Below are positions 9,214-19,456 of a stretch of DNA of 64,000 nucleotides, piece after piece. Location of the stretch: assembly GCA_945903645.1 (NCBI GenBank), contig CAMDOM010000005.1, forward strand, positions 30,493 to 94,492. The letters run 5' to 3'. A program made the translations under genes and the position numbers. The stretch's first letter is position 1. Each line of letters opens with the position of its first letter. The notes under the pieces were generated by a model. It had not been told where the DNA came from, searched no databases, and saw only the letters and a list, made by a program, of their open reading frames with translations. Origin of the DNA: Chryseobacterium gleum. GTDB lineage: Bacteria; Bacteroidota; Bacteroidia; UBA10329.

Positions 9214-10992
9214 ATGTCAGATCACGAAGAACACGTACATCACGCACATCATGGCAAACCTGATTTCTGGACACATTACGTGTTCTCTCAGGATCATAAG
9301 ATGATTTCGAAGCAATTTCTTATCACAGCCATGGTGATGGGATTTATTGCTATGCTGATGTCCACCATGTTCCGCCTTCAATTGGGCTGGCCAGGTGAAT
9401 CTTTTGCAATACTAGAAACGCTATTGGGCGAGTGGGCTCCTGGTGGAGTGCTCGACCCAAATATGTACCTCGCTTTGGTGACCATTCACGGCACTATCAT
9501 GGTGTTTATGGTGCTTACGGGTGGTTTGAGCGGAACATTTGCCAACTTGCTTATTCCGTTCCAAATTGGAGCTCGAGATATGGCATCTGGCTTCTTAAAC
9601 ATGTTATCCTTCTGGTTCTTTGCTGCCTCGTCTGCCGTAATGTTGGCTTCATTGTTTATCGAAACAGGACCAGCTTCTGCGGGTTGGACCATTTATCCAC
9701 CGCTTAGTGCATTGCCACAAGCTATTCCAGGTTCAGGACTTGGAATGACCCTTTGGTTGGTTAGTATGACCTTGTTTATTGTGTCTTCACTTTTAGGAGG
9801 TATCAATTATATCGTAACCATCATCAACCTTAGAACAAAAGGCATGAGCATGGACCGCCTTCCACTTACAATGTGGGCGCTCCTTATCACAGCAATTCTT
9901 GGTGTGCTTTCGTTCCCTGTATTATTGTCAGCAGCGTTGCTGTTGGTGTTCGACCGTAGTTTTGGCACAAGTTTCTACCTAAGCGATATCTTCATCAGCG
10001 GTCAAGCATTGGAGCACACTGGTGGTAGCCCAATTCTTTTCCAACACTTGTTTTGGTTCCTTGGACATCCTGAGGTGTATATCGTGTTGTTACCTGCATT
10101 GGGTATCACTTCCGAGGTAGTTGCCACTATGGCGCGCAAACCCATCTTCGGTTACAAGGCCATGGTTGGGTCTATGTTGGCGATTGCGTTCTTGTCATTT
10201 ATCGTGTGGGGTCACCACATGTTCCTCACGGGTATGAATCCATTTCTTGGCTCGGTGTTCACATTCACCACACTATTGGTAGCTATTCCATCTGCGGTAA
10301 AAGTGTTCAATTACCTCACCACCCTATGGAAAGGCAATATCGTGTATAGCCCTGCCATGCTGTTTGCCATTGGTTTGGTAAGCACATTTATAACAGGTGG
10401 ATTGACAGGGATTATCCTTGGGGACTCCGCCTTGGACATCAACATTCACGATACCTATTTCGTGGTTGGTCACTTCCATATTGTGATGGGAGCATCAGCC
10501 ATATTCGGAATGTTTGCTGGTGTGTACCATTGGTTCCCAAAAATGTATGGCCGAATGATGAATAATCATTTGGGGTATGCTCACTTCTGGACTACTATCA
10601 TCTCGATGTATGGTGTATTCTTCCCGATGCACTTCTTAGGCTTGGCTGGCATACCACGCAGATACTACGATAACACTGCATTTCCAATTTTTGATGGCTT
10701 GCAAGACGTGAACGAACTCATCAGCATCTTCGCTATTCTAGGTGCAATTGCTCAGGTTATTTTCTTCTTCAACTTCTTCTACAGCATGTATCGTGGGCCA
10801 CGCGCTTCGCAAAACCCATGGCACAGCAATTCGCTAGAATGGACTACTCCAGTAGACCCCATTCACGGCAACTGGCCGGGTGCTATTCCAACTGTATACC
10901 GTTGGGCGTATGACTATAGCCGCCCAGATAAGGATGTAGATTTCATTCCGCAAAACGTGCCGCCTACCGAAGGCGAAAAAGAGATTCACTAA
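9214..10992 (+). CDS. ctaD: Cytochrome c oxidase subunit I (haem-copper oxidase).
   Basis: Contains WFLGHPEVYIVLLP, WGHHMF and the HDTYFVVGHFH motif. The product is a 592-aa polytopic protein. Confidence 0.95.
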   Translation: MSDHEEHVHHAHHGKPDFWTHYVFSQDHKMISKQFLITAMVMGFIAMLMSTMFRLQLGWPGESFAILETLLGEWAPGGVLDPNMYLALVTIHGTIMVFMVLTGGLSGTFANLLIPFQIGARDMASGFLNMLSFWFFAASSAVMLASLFIETGPASAGWTIYPPLSALPQAIPGSGLGMTLWLVSMTLFIVSSLLGGINYIVTIINLRTKGMSMDRLPLTMWALLITAILGVLSFPVLLSAALLLVFDRSFGTSFYLSDIFISGQALEHTGGSPILFQHLFWFLGHPEVYIVLLPALGITSEVVATMARKPIFGYKAMVGSMLAIAFLSFIVWGHHMFLTGMNPFLGSVFTFTTLLVAIPSAVKVFNYLTTLWKGNIVYSPAMLFAIGLVSTFITGGLTGIILGDSALDINIHDTYFVVGHFHIVMGASAIFGMFAGVYHWFPKMYGRMMNNHLGYAHFWTTIISMYGVFFPMHFLGLAGIPRRYYDNTAFPIFDGLQDVNELISIFAILGAIAQVIFFFNFFYSMYRGPRASQNPWHSNSLEWTTPVDPIHGNWPGAIPTVYRWAYDYSRPDKDVDFIPQNVPPTEGEKEIH

Positions 10993-11014
10993 GCAAAGTG
11001 AGCGCTACTTTGGT

Positions 11015-11050
11015 AAAAATGTCCTTGAGCAATCAGGGACATTTTTTTTT
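11015..11050 (+). terminator. Rho-independent terminator downstream of ctaD.
   Basis: AAAAATGTCC (11015-11024) pairs with GGACATTTTT (11037-11046) and is followed by a T run. Confidence 0.75.
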
Positions 11051-11051
11051 A

Positions 11052-11654
11052 GTGCGAGTGCTAGTCCTATGCTTAGGGCTTCATGTTGTCCCAGTACAAA
11101 GCCAAGCTCAAACTCCCGAGAAGAAAGTGCGGGTAATGGGCAAGGTGGAAACCCGCTACTCGTTTGTGCGCACGCATCATGCGCTGTTTATTGGGGTAAG
11201 GGCAGGCGTAGAGTTCAAATTCCCGTTGCGCATTGGTGTGGGGTATTATTGGATGCAGTCGCATTTCACATCCTCGCTTTATAAACCAAGTGAATATCCT
11301 GCCCAAGGCACATCGGCACAAACGCGCATGCACTGCGGCATTGCCTATGTGGAATACACCTTTTGGCAAGAGGATGACTGGGCGCTAAGCGTGCCGTTGC
11401 AAATTGGTTTTGGCGAAACATTGTATCGCACCAATACTGATGAAACCGTTGCCAACGGCTTTGTGATGCCCATAGAGGCGGGCATCGACATTAGTTATAT
11501 GTTCACCAAATGGGCAGGCTTGGGCGTTGGCATCGGGTATCGCGTTATGGCGATAGACAACGCTTTGGTGCACGAAACTTTCAATTCACCCTACTACCAA
11601 GTGCGCATAAACCTTGTTTTTAGCGAGATTTTTAAGAAGCGGAAAAAAAAATGA
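11052..11654 (+). CDS. Hypothetical secreted protein, possibly a small outer-membrane beta-barrel.
   Basis: The track ORF starts at 10998 but spans the ctaD terminator, so I prefer the in-frame GTG at 11052. That start gives a signal-like RVLVLCLGLHVVPVQSQAQ. The rest shows alternating aromatic/Gly-rich strands (GVGYYW, GVGIGYRV). Function is unknown. Confidence 0.45.
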   Translation: MRVLVLCLGLHVVPVQSQAQTPEKKVRVMGKVETRYSFVRTHHALFIGVRAGVEFKFPLRIGVGYYWMQSHFTSSLYKPSEYPAQGTSAQTRMHCGIAYVEYTFWQEDDWALSVPLQIGFGETLYRTNTDETVANGFVMPIEAGIDISYMFTKWAGLGVGIGYRVMAIDNALVHETFNSPYYQVRINLVFSEIFKKRKKK

Positions 11655-11805
11655 ACTTCATTTATTCTCCTTTTTGGCGCATTAAATAGCCTTAACTGTT
11701 CATGTGTTAGTTAACCTGAATATCTGAAGCCGACAGTACATTCACTTTTTCTTCCCTTCCGTGTTCTACTTATTTAAACATCTTTGAACCCAACAACTGC
11801 TACCC

Positions 11806-12222
11806 ATGAATCCATCTAGCATCAACTCCAATCGCGCTCCCGAACCTGTAGGGTTATACCCACATGCCCGCAAGGTGGGCAACCTGTTGTTTCTTTCGGG
11901 AGTTGGTCCACGCGAGCGGGGCACAACGGAAATACCAGGCGTAGAGCTCGATGCAGAAGGCCGCATCGTTTCGTATGACATAGAAACCCAATGCCGCTCG
12001 GTGTTTCAAAACGTGCGCCTCATTTTGGAAGATGCTGGCTCTAGCTGGGAGCAAATTGTGGACGTCACGGTGTTTCTTACCAACATGAAGGCCGACTTTG
12101 CCACCTACAATCGCATCTATGCCGAGTATTTCAAAGATGCCTTGCCGTGCCGCACTACAGTAGAAATAAATTGCCTGCCCACCCCCATAGCCATCGAGCT
12201 AAAGGTGATTGCCACCATTTAA
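11806..12222 (+). CDS. RidA/YjgF/L-PSP family reactive-intermediate deaminase-like protein.
   Basis: 138 aa containing PEPVGLYPHARKVGNLLFLSGVGP and a C-terminal CRTTVEI...LP..IAIELKVIA pattern, both typical of the family. Confidence 0.75.
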   Translation: MNPSSINSNRAPEPVGLYPHARKVGNLLFLSGVGPRERGTTEIPGVELDAEGRIVSYDIETQCRSVFQNVRLILEDAGSSWEQIVDVTVFLTNMKADFATYNRIYAEYFKDALPCRTTVEINCLPTPIAIELKVIATI

Positions 12223-12235
12223 TGTGCAAATCGTT

Positions 12236-12254
12236 GGCCGAAGGCGGCTTTTTT
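12236..12254 (+). terminator. Weak terminator-like hairpin after the RidA-like gene.
   Basis: A GCCG-AAGG-CGGC stem-loop followed by TTTTTT. The stem is only 4-5 bp. Confidence 0.35.
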
Positions 12255-12322
12255 GGGAACTTATATGCGTGCCGTGCGTACATCGGCCACCGCACCCAAA
12301 GCGCATTTGAACAAACCTACTT

Positions 12323-15300
12323 TTGATTAAACGCCTACTTTTTATAGCGCTATTCGTTTGTATCGGTATGCCTTGGGCTTTGGCGCAGGTATATCCGTTG
12401 CGCACGTTTACCACCGAGTCGGGTTTGCAAAGCGCCAGAATTACCGCCTTGGTGCAAGACCACCAAGGGTTTATGTGGGTGGGCACCGCGGCAGGCGTTA
12501 GCAAAACAGACGGCCTCACGTTTCAGAACTACACCGAGAAAGACGGCCTCGCAGGCGATAAAGTAACCTGCCTAGCGGTCGATAGCCAAAACCGCATTTG
12601 GGTGGGCCATCAAAATGCCGGCATCTCCATCATTAGCCGCGACACCATACTGCGCATTACCGAGCAAGATGGCCTAATAAACAACGAGGTAAATGCCCTG
12701 CTATGCGCTAAAGATGGGGCAATGTGGGCAGGCACATTTGCAGGCATCACGGTGTTTGAAGCGCAGAAAACCAAATCTTACACTACCAAAGATGGGCTAG
12801 CGGGTACTACCATTCGCGCCCTAGCACAAGATGCCCAAGGTACCATTTGGATTGGAACCTTCGGCCAAGGAATAACGCAGTTTGCCAATCAATCATTTCG
12901 CCCGTTTAATGTATCTGGCGCATTTGCCAGCGGCTACATCACTCATTTGCAACCCAGCGGCACCGACATGCTTATTGGCACTATGGATGGCGCTTTTCGT
13001 TTTGACGGTAAGCGCGTTGCCACAGTGCTTTCGGCTGTTGGGCAGGTGAATGCTATTGCACAAGTTGGGCAATCGAGTTGGGTAGCCACCCTGAGCGGCA
13101 TTGCCCGCGTGCAGCGCGATGCTACGCTGTTTCTTTCCGAACAAAACGGATTGGTGAGCAACGAAGTGCTCTGCCTTTTTGCCGATAGCGAAGGCATTTT
13201 GTGGGCAGGCACAGCCAAAGGGTTGGTGTGCATCCCCAATTTAGCGATAGCTCATTTTGCAGCACAATTGGGGCAGAGCATGGAACCCAATAGCTTGCTT
13301 AAGGATAGCAAAGGCCGCATTTGGGCAACAAACAATCTAGGCGGAGTGCTGCGCAAAGAGGGCAATCAATTTGTGCGCGGGCTAAACGATGCTGACATTA
13401 CTAGCCACGTTATTGGCCCTGTGGCGCAAGATAAAAAGGGCCATATGTGGATGGGCTCGCGCGATTTTGGAGGGCTGTTTCTATGGGATGGCGCCAAGGT
13501 GTTCAACTATTCTGACGAAATGGGGCTGGCGGATAACACTATCAACTGCCTTGCGCTGGCATCCAATGGCGATTTGCTTATTGGCACACCCAACGGACTT
13601 AGTCGGTTTAGCGATGAAAGTTTTACGCAAATACCGGTTAGCGATGAGCCCAGCACTGCCCACATCACCGCAATACTGCAAGCCTCGGATGGGCGCACTA
13701 TTATAGGTTCGTTGGATGGAACCATTTCTCTGCTTAAAGATGGAAAGGTGGTAGAATGGCAGCCTGCCAGCGCCATAGATGCCCCAATCAATCACCTTTG
13801 CGAAACGCCCGAAGGGATAGCTGTGGCCACCGAAGGCAACGGGCTTTTTGTGCTTAACGGCACCAACCTACGGCACATTAGCTCTTCCAATGGCCTGTCG
13901 GACGCGAATGTGCGTGGTCTTACTTTGTTCGATGCTCAATTGTTGATAGCAACCAATGCAGGGCTTTATCGGTTTGGGTTGAAAGATAATGTTCTTCAAA
14001 ACATAACCGCAAGCCAAGGTAGTAGCACTATAGAATGCAGACCCGGTGCTATGCTGCGCGATGGAGGTTTTGTTTGGATAGGAACCGCGGCCGGTATGGT
14101 TCGGGTGCAGATAAGTGAATTGTCAAAGCAAGGTAGTGCTCCAAAACTTACCCTTAGCGAGCTGCAACTTTTCTATCATCCCATTGATTGGAAACAGCGC
14201 GATGTGGCAACTGTAAGCAGTGGAATGCCAAGCGAATTAACCTTGGGTTATGATGATAATTATTTACGATTCCATTTCAAGGCCATCAGTCTAGCGCATC
14301 CAAAAGAGGTGCGCTACCGATGGATTTTGGAAGGTTTTGAGCAAGAATGGACGCCATTTAGCACCGAAGAAATAGCAAACTATCCCAATTTGCCGCCTGG
14401 CGATTATACCTTTAAAGTAATGGCGTGTGTGGGCAACGATGCTTGTGTGGAAGAAGTTGAAAGATTTCGTTTCACCATCAGTCCTCCCTTTTGGAAAGCA
14501 TGGTGGTTCTATGCCTTACTAGTTATTGCGGCCGTTGGCTGCACCTATTGGTATGTGAAATGGCGCGAGCGAAAATTACTCGTGGAGAAACGCATTTTGG
14601 AGCAAACCGTTGAGCAGCGCACCTTGGAACTGCGGCAGCAAAAGGAAATTGTGGAGGAACAGAACAATCATATTACCGAGAGTATTGCCTATGCGCGCAA
14701 TATCCAAATGGCGGTATTGCCTTCTACCGAGGAAATGAAGAAGGCATTTTCTGACCATTTTGTGCTCTATCGCCCTAAAGAAACAGTAGGTGGCGATTTC
14801 TACTGGACGTATACTAAGGGCAAAGTAACATGGGCTGCTGCTACCGACTGCACTGGGCATGGCGTGGCAGGTGCGTTTATGAGCATGATTGGTTCCGATT
14901 TACTGAATCAAATTATTATTGAAAAACAAACTGACAACCCTGCCGCGGTGCTCGAAGCCTTGGATAAAGGAATAAAACTGGCGTTTGCCCAAAGTGCCAC
15001 TGAATTTGAAGGCGACAAAGGCATGGATGTATGCCTTCTCCGAATAGATAAAACCAACCGAGTAGTTACGTTTTCAGGGGCTCAACGACCGCTTTATGTT
15101 GCTGCAAACAACGAAATCACCGAGTTATACGGCAATCTATTCTCCATTAGTTGCGCCATAGATGGCGACAAAGTATTCACTACCCAGCAATTTCCTTTAG
15201 TGAAGGGCATGCGTCTTTTTCTTTTTTCAGATGGCTATGCCGACCAGTTTGGTGGTTCAAAGGGCAAGAAATTTATGACTAATAAATTGAAGCAAGTCAT

Positions 15301-15424
15301 TATTTCGGGTCTTGATAGACCGATGATAGAGCAGAAAGTCGCCCTCGAATATGCATTGGATTTGTGGAAAGGAGAAGAATATCCGCAGGTAGATGATATA
15401 CTTGTAATAGGCATTCAACTCTAG
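12323..15424 (+). CDS. Membrane sensor protein. It has a periplasmic two-component-regulator propeller plus Y_Y_Y domain, one TM helix, a coiled coil and a cytoplasmic SpoIIE/PP2C phosphatase domain.
   Basis: Repeated DGL..N.V..L..D..G..W.GT blades are followed by a Y_Y_Y-like YRWILEGFEQEWTP...PPGDYTFKV, a TM helix (WWFYALLVIAAVGCTYWYV), and then GGDFYW...TDCTGHGVAGAFMSMIG...SDGYADQFGG. The track uses a TTG start, so the exact start is uncertain. Confidence 0.8.
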   Translation: MIKRLLFIALFVCIGMPWALAQVYPLRTFTTESGLQSARITALVQDHQGFMWVGTAAGVSKTDGLTFQNYTEKDGLAGDKVTCLAVDSQNRIWVGHQNAGISIISRDTILRITEQDGLINNEVNALLCAKDGAMWAGTFAGITVFEAQKTKSYTTKDGLAGTTIRALAQDAQGTIWIGTFGQGITQFANQSFRPFNVSGAFASGYITHLQPSGTDMLIGTMDGAFRFDGKRVATVLSAVGQVNAIAQVGQSSWVATLSGIARVQRDATLFLSEQNGLVSNEVLCLFADSEGILWAGTAKGLVCIPNLAIAHFAAQLGQSMEPNSLLKDSKGRIWATNNLGGVLRKEGNQFVRGLNDADITSHVIGPVAQDKKGHMWMGSRDFGGLFLWDGAKVFNYSDEMGLADNTINCLALASNGDLLIGTPNGLSRFSDESFTQIPVSDEPSTAHITAILQASDGRTIIGSLDGTISLLKDGKVVEWQPASAIDAPINHLCETPEGIAVATEGNGLFVLNGTNLRHISSSNGLSDANVRGLTLFDAQLLIATNAGLYRFGLKDNVLQNITASQGSSTIECRPGAMLRDGGFVWIGTAAGMVRVQISELSKQGSAPKLTLSELQLFYHPIDWKQRDVATVSSGMPSELTLGYDDNYLRFHFKAISLAHPKEVRYRWILEGFEQEWTPFSTEEIANYPNLPPGDYTFKVMACVGNDACVEEVERFRFTISPPFWKAWWFYALLVIAAVGCTYWYVKWRERKLLVEKRILEQTVEQRTLELRQQKEIVEEQNNHITESIAYARNIQMAVLPSTEEMKKAFSDHFVLYRPKETVGGDFYWTYTKGKVTWAAATDCTGHGVAGAFMSMIGSDLLNQIIIEKQTDNPAAVLEALDKGIKLAFAQSATEFEGDKGMDVCLLRIDKTNRVVTFSGAQRPLYVAANNEITELYGNLFSISCAIDGDKVFTTQQFPLVKGMRLFLFSDGYADQFGGSKGKKFMTNKLKQVIISGLDRPMIEQKVALEYALDLWKGEEYPQVDDILVIGIQL

Positions 15425-15499
15425 TGGTAGGTGTTGTGAATGACAGTAGCCTATCGCCCCAAAGTGTACCATTGTAAACTTCAACTAGTTTAGCAGGCT

Positions 15500-17866
15500 A
15501 TGCGGCACATGCTCTTCCTTTTGCTTTTGGTATCGCTTGGCACAGGCCAAATGGCGCATGGGCAAAAGGTAAAAATCGACAGTTTGGAGCAATTGCTGCG
15601 CACTAAATATGCTACAAAGGGTACGAAGGACGACTCCGCGCGCATTGGCATTTTGGTGCAAACAAGTGAGCTATTGCTACGAGTCAATCCAACCAAATCG
15701 CTTGAACTGAGCAAAGAAGCGCTCCGATTGAGCATCACCACGGGACACAATAGTTATGTAAGCCATATTTACAACAACACAGGCAGTGCAAACCGCATAC
15801 AGGGCAATTATGCTAAGGCCATTTCGTTTCACACAAACGCACTTGACAACGATAGGAAAAAGGGCAACCGCAGCGGAGAGGCGCTTTCGTTGAATAATTT
15901 GGCCAATGTGTATTTGAAACAGGGCAAATATGCTGATGCAGTGCGTGGCTATGAGCAATCATTGTCCATTCGCCAAGATTTGAACGATCAAGATGGTGTG
16001 GCAGCATCGCTCAATAATTTAGGAATGGTGTATAAAAACCAAGGCGACATGGATCGCGCTTTGGCCTATTATCAAAATGCTTTCAAAATATTCGAGCAGC
16101 AACGCGATAGAGTGGGCATGGCCAATGCGCTCAACAATATGGGCATTGTGCATCGGGGCAATGGGAAAACCGATAAAGCCCTTAAGGTGTACTTATCAGC
16201 ACTTAAAATTTTCGAATCGTTAGGCAATAAGGTGGGAGAAGCCAACACACTTAACAATATTGGCAATATCTATTACGAGCAAAAGAAGTTTGATCAGGCC
16301 CTACAGTTTTATGAGAATTCATTTCGCATAAGTGAGGCTGTGGGTGATATAAATGCCATGGCGGGCAAGTTGAGCAACATTGGCGGAGTGCATTTGGCCC
16401 GTGGCGATAGGCAAAAAGCCATGGAAAGTGCCGAGCGTGCCCTAGAATTGCAAGAGCGCATTGGAGACGACCAAGGTCAGATTAGCACACTCAACAATAT
16501 CGGGGCCTATTATCTTGAAGAGAAAGATTACGAGCTTGCTTTGGGCAACTTTCTGAAAGCAGAAAAGCTGGAACGCAGCACTGGCGACCGCACCTATAGC
16601 GCTATCACCCTTGCTTCCATTGGCCAAGTATATCAGCAAAAGAATCAGCATCAAAAGGCTTTGGAGTATTTAAATCGAGCGTTGAAGGAGGCAAACAGTA
16701 GCGGTAATTCGGCCACGATGCTTAGTGCCTATGCAGCTCTTGGCGAAACCTACGCTGCTCTTGGTGAATATAAGATGTCTTACAATAGCGAGCAAAGCCG
16801 CAAGCAGTTGGAGGATAGTTTGGCGCGCAGCTCCAGTACCCGCGACCTTGCCGAAATGCAAACCAAGTTTGAAACCGAGCGCAAACAACGCGAAATAGAA
16901 CTGTTGAACAAGGAGAATGAGTTGAATAAACTCAGAATGACTAAGCAAAGCATATTGCGGAATCTCATTTTGGTGGTGCTGTTATTTATCGTCATTTCCT
17001 TGTTCTTCCTCTACAGTCGCTACAAATCGAAACAGCGGGCCAACGAAAAACTGAGCAGCAAGAACCTTGAAATCGAGCGTCAAAAAGAATTAGTGGAAGA
17101 GAAAAACTGGGCCATCACTTCTAGCATTCAATATGCCAAGCGCATTCAAGAAGCCATTATGCCCAGCTTGGATGAGATATTAGAAGTGTTGCCCAATAGT
17201 TTTGTTTTTTATCGTCCAAAGGAAATTGTGAGTGGCGATTTTTATTGGTTTGCTCATCGCGATGGGCGAACCTATTTGGCAGCGGTAGATTGCACGGGGC
17301 ATGGAGTGCCTGGCGCATTTATAAGCATGATTGGCAACGACCATCTAAACCAAATTGTAAATGTGGACCACCTCAATCGCCCCGACTTCATTCTAAATCG
17401 ATTGCACAAGGAAATACAGGTAACACTAAAGCAGAAACACGGCTTAACGGATATGAATGACGGTATGGATATCGCGTTGTGCGTTATTCATCACGACCAA
17501 CAAAAATTGACCTTCTCTGCTGCCAATCGTCCGCTTTATTTTATTCGAAACGGCCAACTGACAGAGTACAAAGGAGACCATTTGAACATTACTGGCATAA
17601 TGGACGAAAATGTGGGGCAATATTCTCTTCACGAAATAGATTTGCGCGAAGGCGATGTCTTCTACATATTCTCCGATGGCGTTGCTGATCAGTTTGGTGG
17701 TCCCAATTCGAAGAAATTTGGATTCAAACGCCTTCAAGAACTGCTACTTCAAATGCAATCGCTACCAATGCAAAAGCAACACGCCTACTTCGAAACAGAG
17801 CTTTTGGAGTGGATGGGCAATAGCGAACAGATAGACGATTTCCTATTGATTGGAGTCAGAGTTTGA
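15500..17866 (+). CDS. Membrane sensor protein with TPR repeats, one TM helix and a SpoIIE/PP2C phosphatase domain.
   Basis: About 9 TPR-like units carry the signature N..G.VY...G....A...Y..AL. These are followed by a TM helix (LILVVLLFIVISLFFLY), then SGDFYW...VDCTGHGVPGAFISMIG...SDGVADQFGG. The output domain is paralogous to that of the preceding gene. Confidence 0.8.
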   Translation: MRHMLFLLLLVSLGTGQMAHGQKVKIDSLEQLLRTKYATKGTKDDSARIGILVQTSELLLRVNPTKSLELSKEALRLSITTGHNSYVSHIYNNTGSANRIQGNYAKAISFHTNALDNDRKKGNRSGEALSLNNLANVYLKQGKYADAVRGYEQSLSIRQDLNDQDGVAASLNNLGMVYKNQGDMDRALAYYQNAFKIFEQQRDRVGMANALNNMGIVHRGNGKTDKALKVYLSALKIFESLGNKVGEANTLNNIGNIYYEQKKFDQALQFYENSFRISEAVGDINAMAGKLSNIGGVHLARGDRQKAMESAERALELQERIGDDQGQISTLNNIGAYYLEEKDYELALGNFLKAEKLERSTGDRTYSAITLASIGQVYQQKNQHQKALEYLNRALKEANSSGNSATMLSAYAALGETYAALGEYKMSYNSEQSRKQLEDSLARSSSTRDLAEMQTKFETERKQREIELLNKENELNKLRMTKQSILRNLILVVLLFIVISLFFLYSRYKSKQRANEKLSSKNLEIERQKELVEEKNWAITSSIQYAKRIQEAIMPSLDEILEVLPNSFVFYRPKEIVSGDFYWFAHRDGRTYLAAVDCTGHGVPGAFISMIGNDHLNQIVNVDHLNRPDFILNRLHKEIQVTLKQKHGLTDMNDGMDIALCVIHHDQQKLTFSAANRPLYFIRNGQLTEYKGDHLNITGIMDENVGQYSLHEIDLREGDVFYIFSDGVADQFGGPNSKKFGFKRLQELLLQMQSLPMQKQHAYFETELLEWMGNSEQIDDFLLIGVRV

Positions 17867-18523
17867 GGCAACAAAAGCAATAGCTCTTCTTTCCACATAA
17901 CTCGAAAGCACCTCGTAACTCTCGCTTTCTAAGTTCCAAGAGTTTCGTTGGCAAAGGAGTTTAAAATAGTGACGCATTTCTTCCTCGCTACGTGAGTTAT
18001 TTAATTTCAGAATGGCATCTCCAAAATCGGAGGCGTTGCCCGAAAACAGATGTTTGATAATGCCAAACTTCTCGTTAAGCGGAATGGCTGAGCGCAAATC
18101 TGCAATAGGTTTGTTATTCAATTTTCCCGCCAAAATCGCGTCATTGTTCTCCTTATCAATTTTTGGAGCAATTACAGGCTGAGGTCCTATTGAAACAATC
18201 GACTTTGGCGCAGGGGCTACGGGCGGAACTGATGGTGTCTCGTCAGCAAGTATTTGCGATTTCACTTCGGCCACAACCTCAGATTGTTCTTCTTCAACCT
18301 TTTGAATAACTGGAGTTGGTGCAGTAGGTTCCGGTTGTTTTGCTGCTGGCACAATAGGCTGTTTTACCTCTTGGGTTAAGGGCATTTGCAATACCACATC
18401 ATAGCAGTTACGCAGTTCTTCCAACACCATATCTCGGCTCAATGCCGATGGATTATTTGAAAATTGCCCCATACGGTTTGTAATGCGATGGAGTTGTTCA
18501 CTCAAATTTTTCAATTCTGCCAT
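17843..18523 (-). CDS. Hypothetical protein with a Pro/Ala-rich central linker.
   Basis: A 226-aa ORF in good coding context, convergent with the upstream gene and overlapping it by 24 nt. I recognise no motif. Confidence 0.5.
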   Translation of the reverse strand: MAELKNLSEQLHRITNRMGQFSNNPSALSRDMVLEELRNCYDVVLQMPLTQEVKQPIVPAAKQPEPTAPTPVIQKVEEEQSEVVAEVKSQILADETPSVPPVAPAPKSIVSIGPQPVIAPKIDKENNDAILAGKLNNKPIADLRSAIPLNEKFGIIKHLFSGNASDFGDAILKLNNSRSEEEMRHYFKLLCQRNSWNLESESYEVLSSYVERRAIAFVASNSDSNQ

Positions 18524-18626
18524 GCCTTCAATTCAATGCTGTAACGCAATTGCATTAGATTTGTAATGTCGATATGCCTATTTCGGCACCGTCCAAAAGT
18601 ACAGACCAAACCTCTTTACCCAAAGC

Positions 18627-19205
18627 ATGTTTTTAGAGAATTCGCGCACCGGACACCGCACCAAAGGATGGATTGAGGTGATTTGTGGTTCTATGTTTTC
18701 GGGCAAAACGGAAGAGTTGATACGCAGACTGAAACGCGCCCAGTTTGCGCGCCAAAACGTGGAAATTTTCAAACCCGAAATAGATAGACGGTATGATGAT
18801 AATGCTGTGGTTTCGCACGACAGCAACTCCATTCACAGCACTCCGGTGCCAAGCTCCTCAAACATTCTTTTGCTAGCTGATAATGTAGATGTGGTGGGGA
18901 TAGATGAAGCTCAATTTTTCGATAATGGTCTAGTCGCAGTATGCAATCAGCTTGCGAGTCAGGGCATTCGTGTCATCGTAGCAGGATTGGATATGGATTA
19001 TCTAGGCAAGCCCTTTGGCCCAATGCCCCATTTACTTGCCACAGCAGAGTATGTAACTAAAGTACACGCCATCTGCATGCAATGTGGCGAACTTGCCAAC
19101 CACTCGCACCGTTTCGAGGCAGGCGAACAATTGGTAATGCTGGGAGAAAAAGACAGCTACGAACCCTTGTGCCGACACTGCTTCAATCGCTCTCAAAAAG
19201 TGTAG
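18627..19205 (+). CDS. tdk: Thymidine kinase.
   Basis: P-loop [11 protein letters not shown], the DEAQFF motif, and a C-terminal zinc-ribbon Cys pair (CMQCG ... CRHC). Confidence 0.92.
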   Translation: MFLENSRTGHRTKGWIEVICGSMFSGKTEELIRRLKRAQFARQNVEIFKPEIDRRYDDNAVVSHDSNSIHSTPVPSSSNILLLADNVDVVGIDEAQFFDNGLVAVCNQLASQGIRVIVAGLDMDYLGKPFGPMPHLLATAEYVTKVHAICMQCGELANHSHRFEAGEQLVMLGEKDSYEPLCRHCFNRSQKV

Positions 19206-19285
19206 TTTGAAACGGATGTGATGAGCATTCTATCTGCTTTTTGAACAACACGAAGCTTTTGTGGTTTTATCTCAAAAATAAAACC

Positions 19286-19456
19286 ATGTTTCAGTTTTTC
19301 AAGAAAAAAACCGAGCGTCAAATCCTAGAAGAGCGCTACAGCAAACTAACCGAAGAGGCATACAAACTCTCGCACACTAACCGTTCTGCAAGTGATCAAA
19401 AAACAGCTGAGGCTTATGAGGTAATGCAGCGTATTGAAGCCTTGGAGAAAGCTTAG
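19286..19456 (+). CDS. Small conserved Bacteroidota protein (Lacal_2735-like).
   Basis: I prefer the ATG at 19286. MFQFFKKKTERQILEERYSKLTEEAYKLSHTNRSASDQK resembles the small Lys/Glu-rich helical family I know under that name. Confidence 0.55.
   Translation: MFQFFKKKTERQILEERYSKLTEEAYKLSHTNRSASDQKTAEAYEVMQRIEALEKA

Noticed and set aside
10998-11051. A GTG start at 10998 for the post-ctaD ORF.
   Set aside because: This segment contains the ctaD terminator hairpin and T run (11015-11050). An in-frame GTG at 11052 directly precedes a signal-peptide-like segment.
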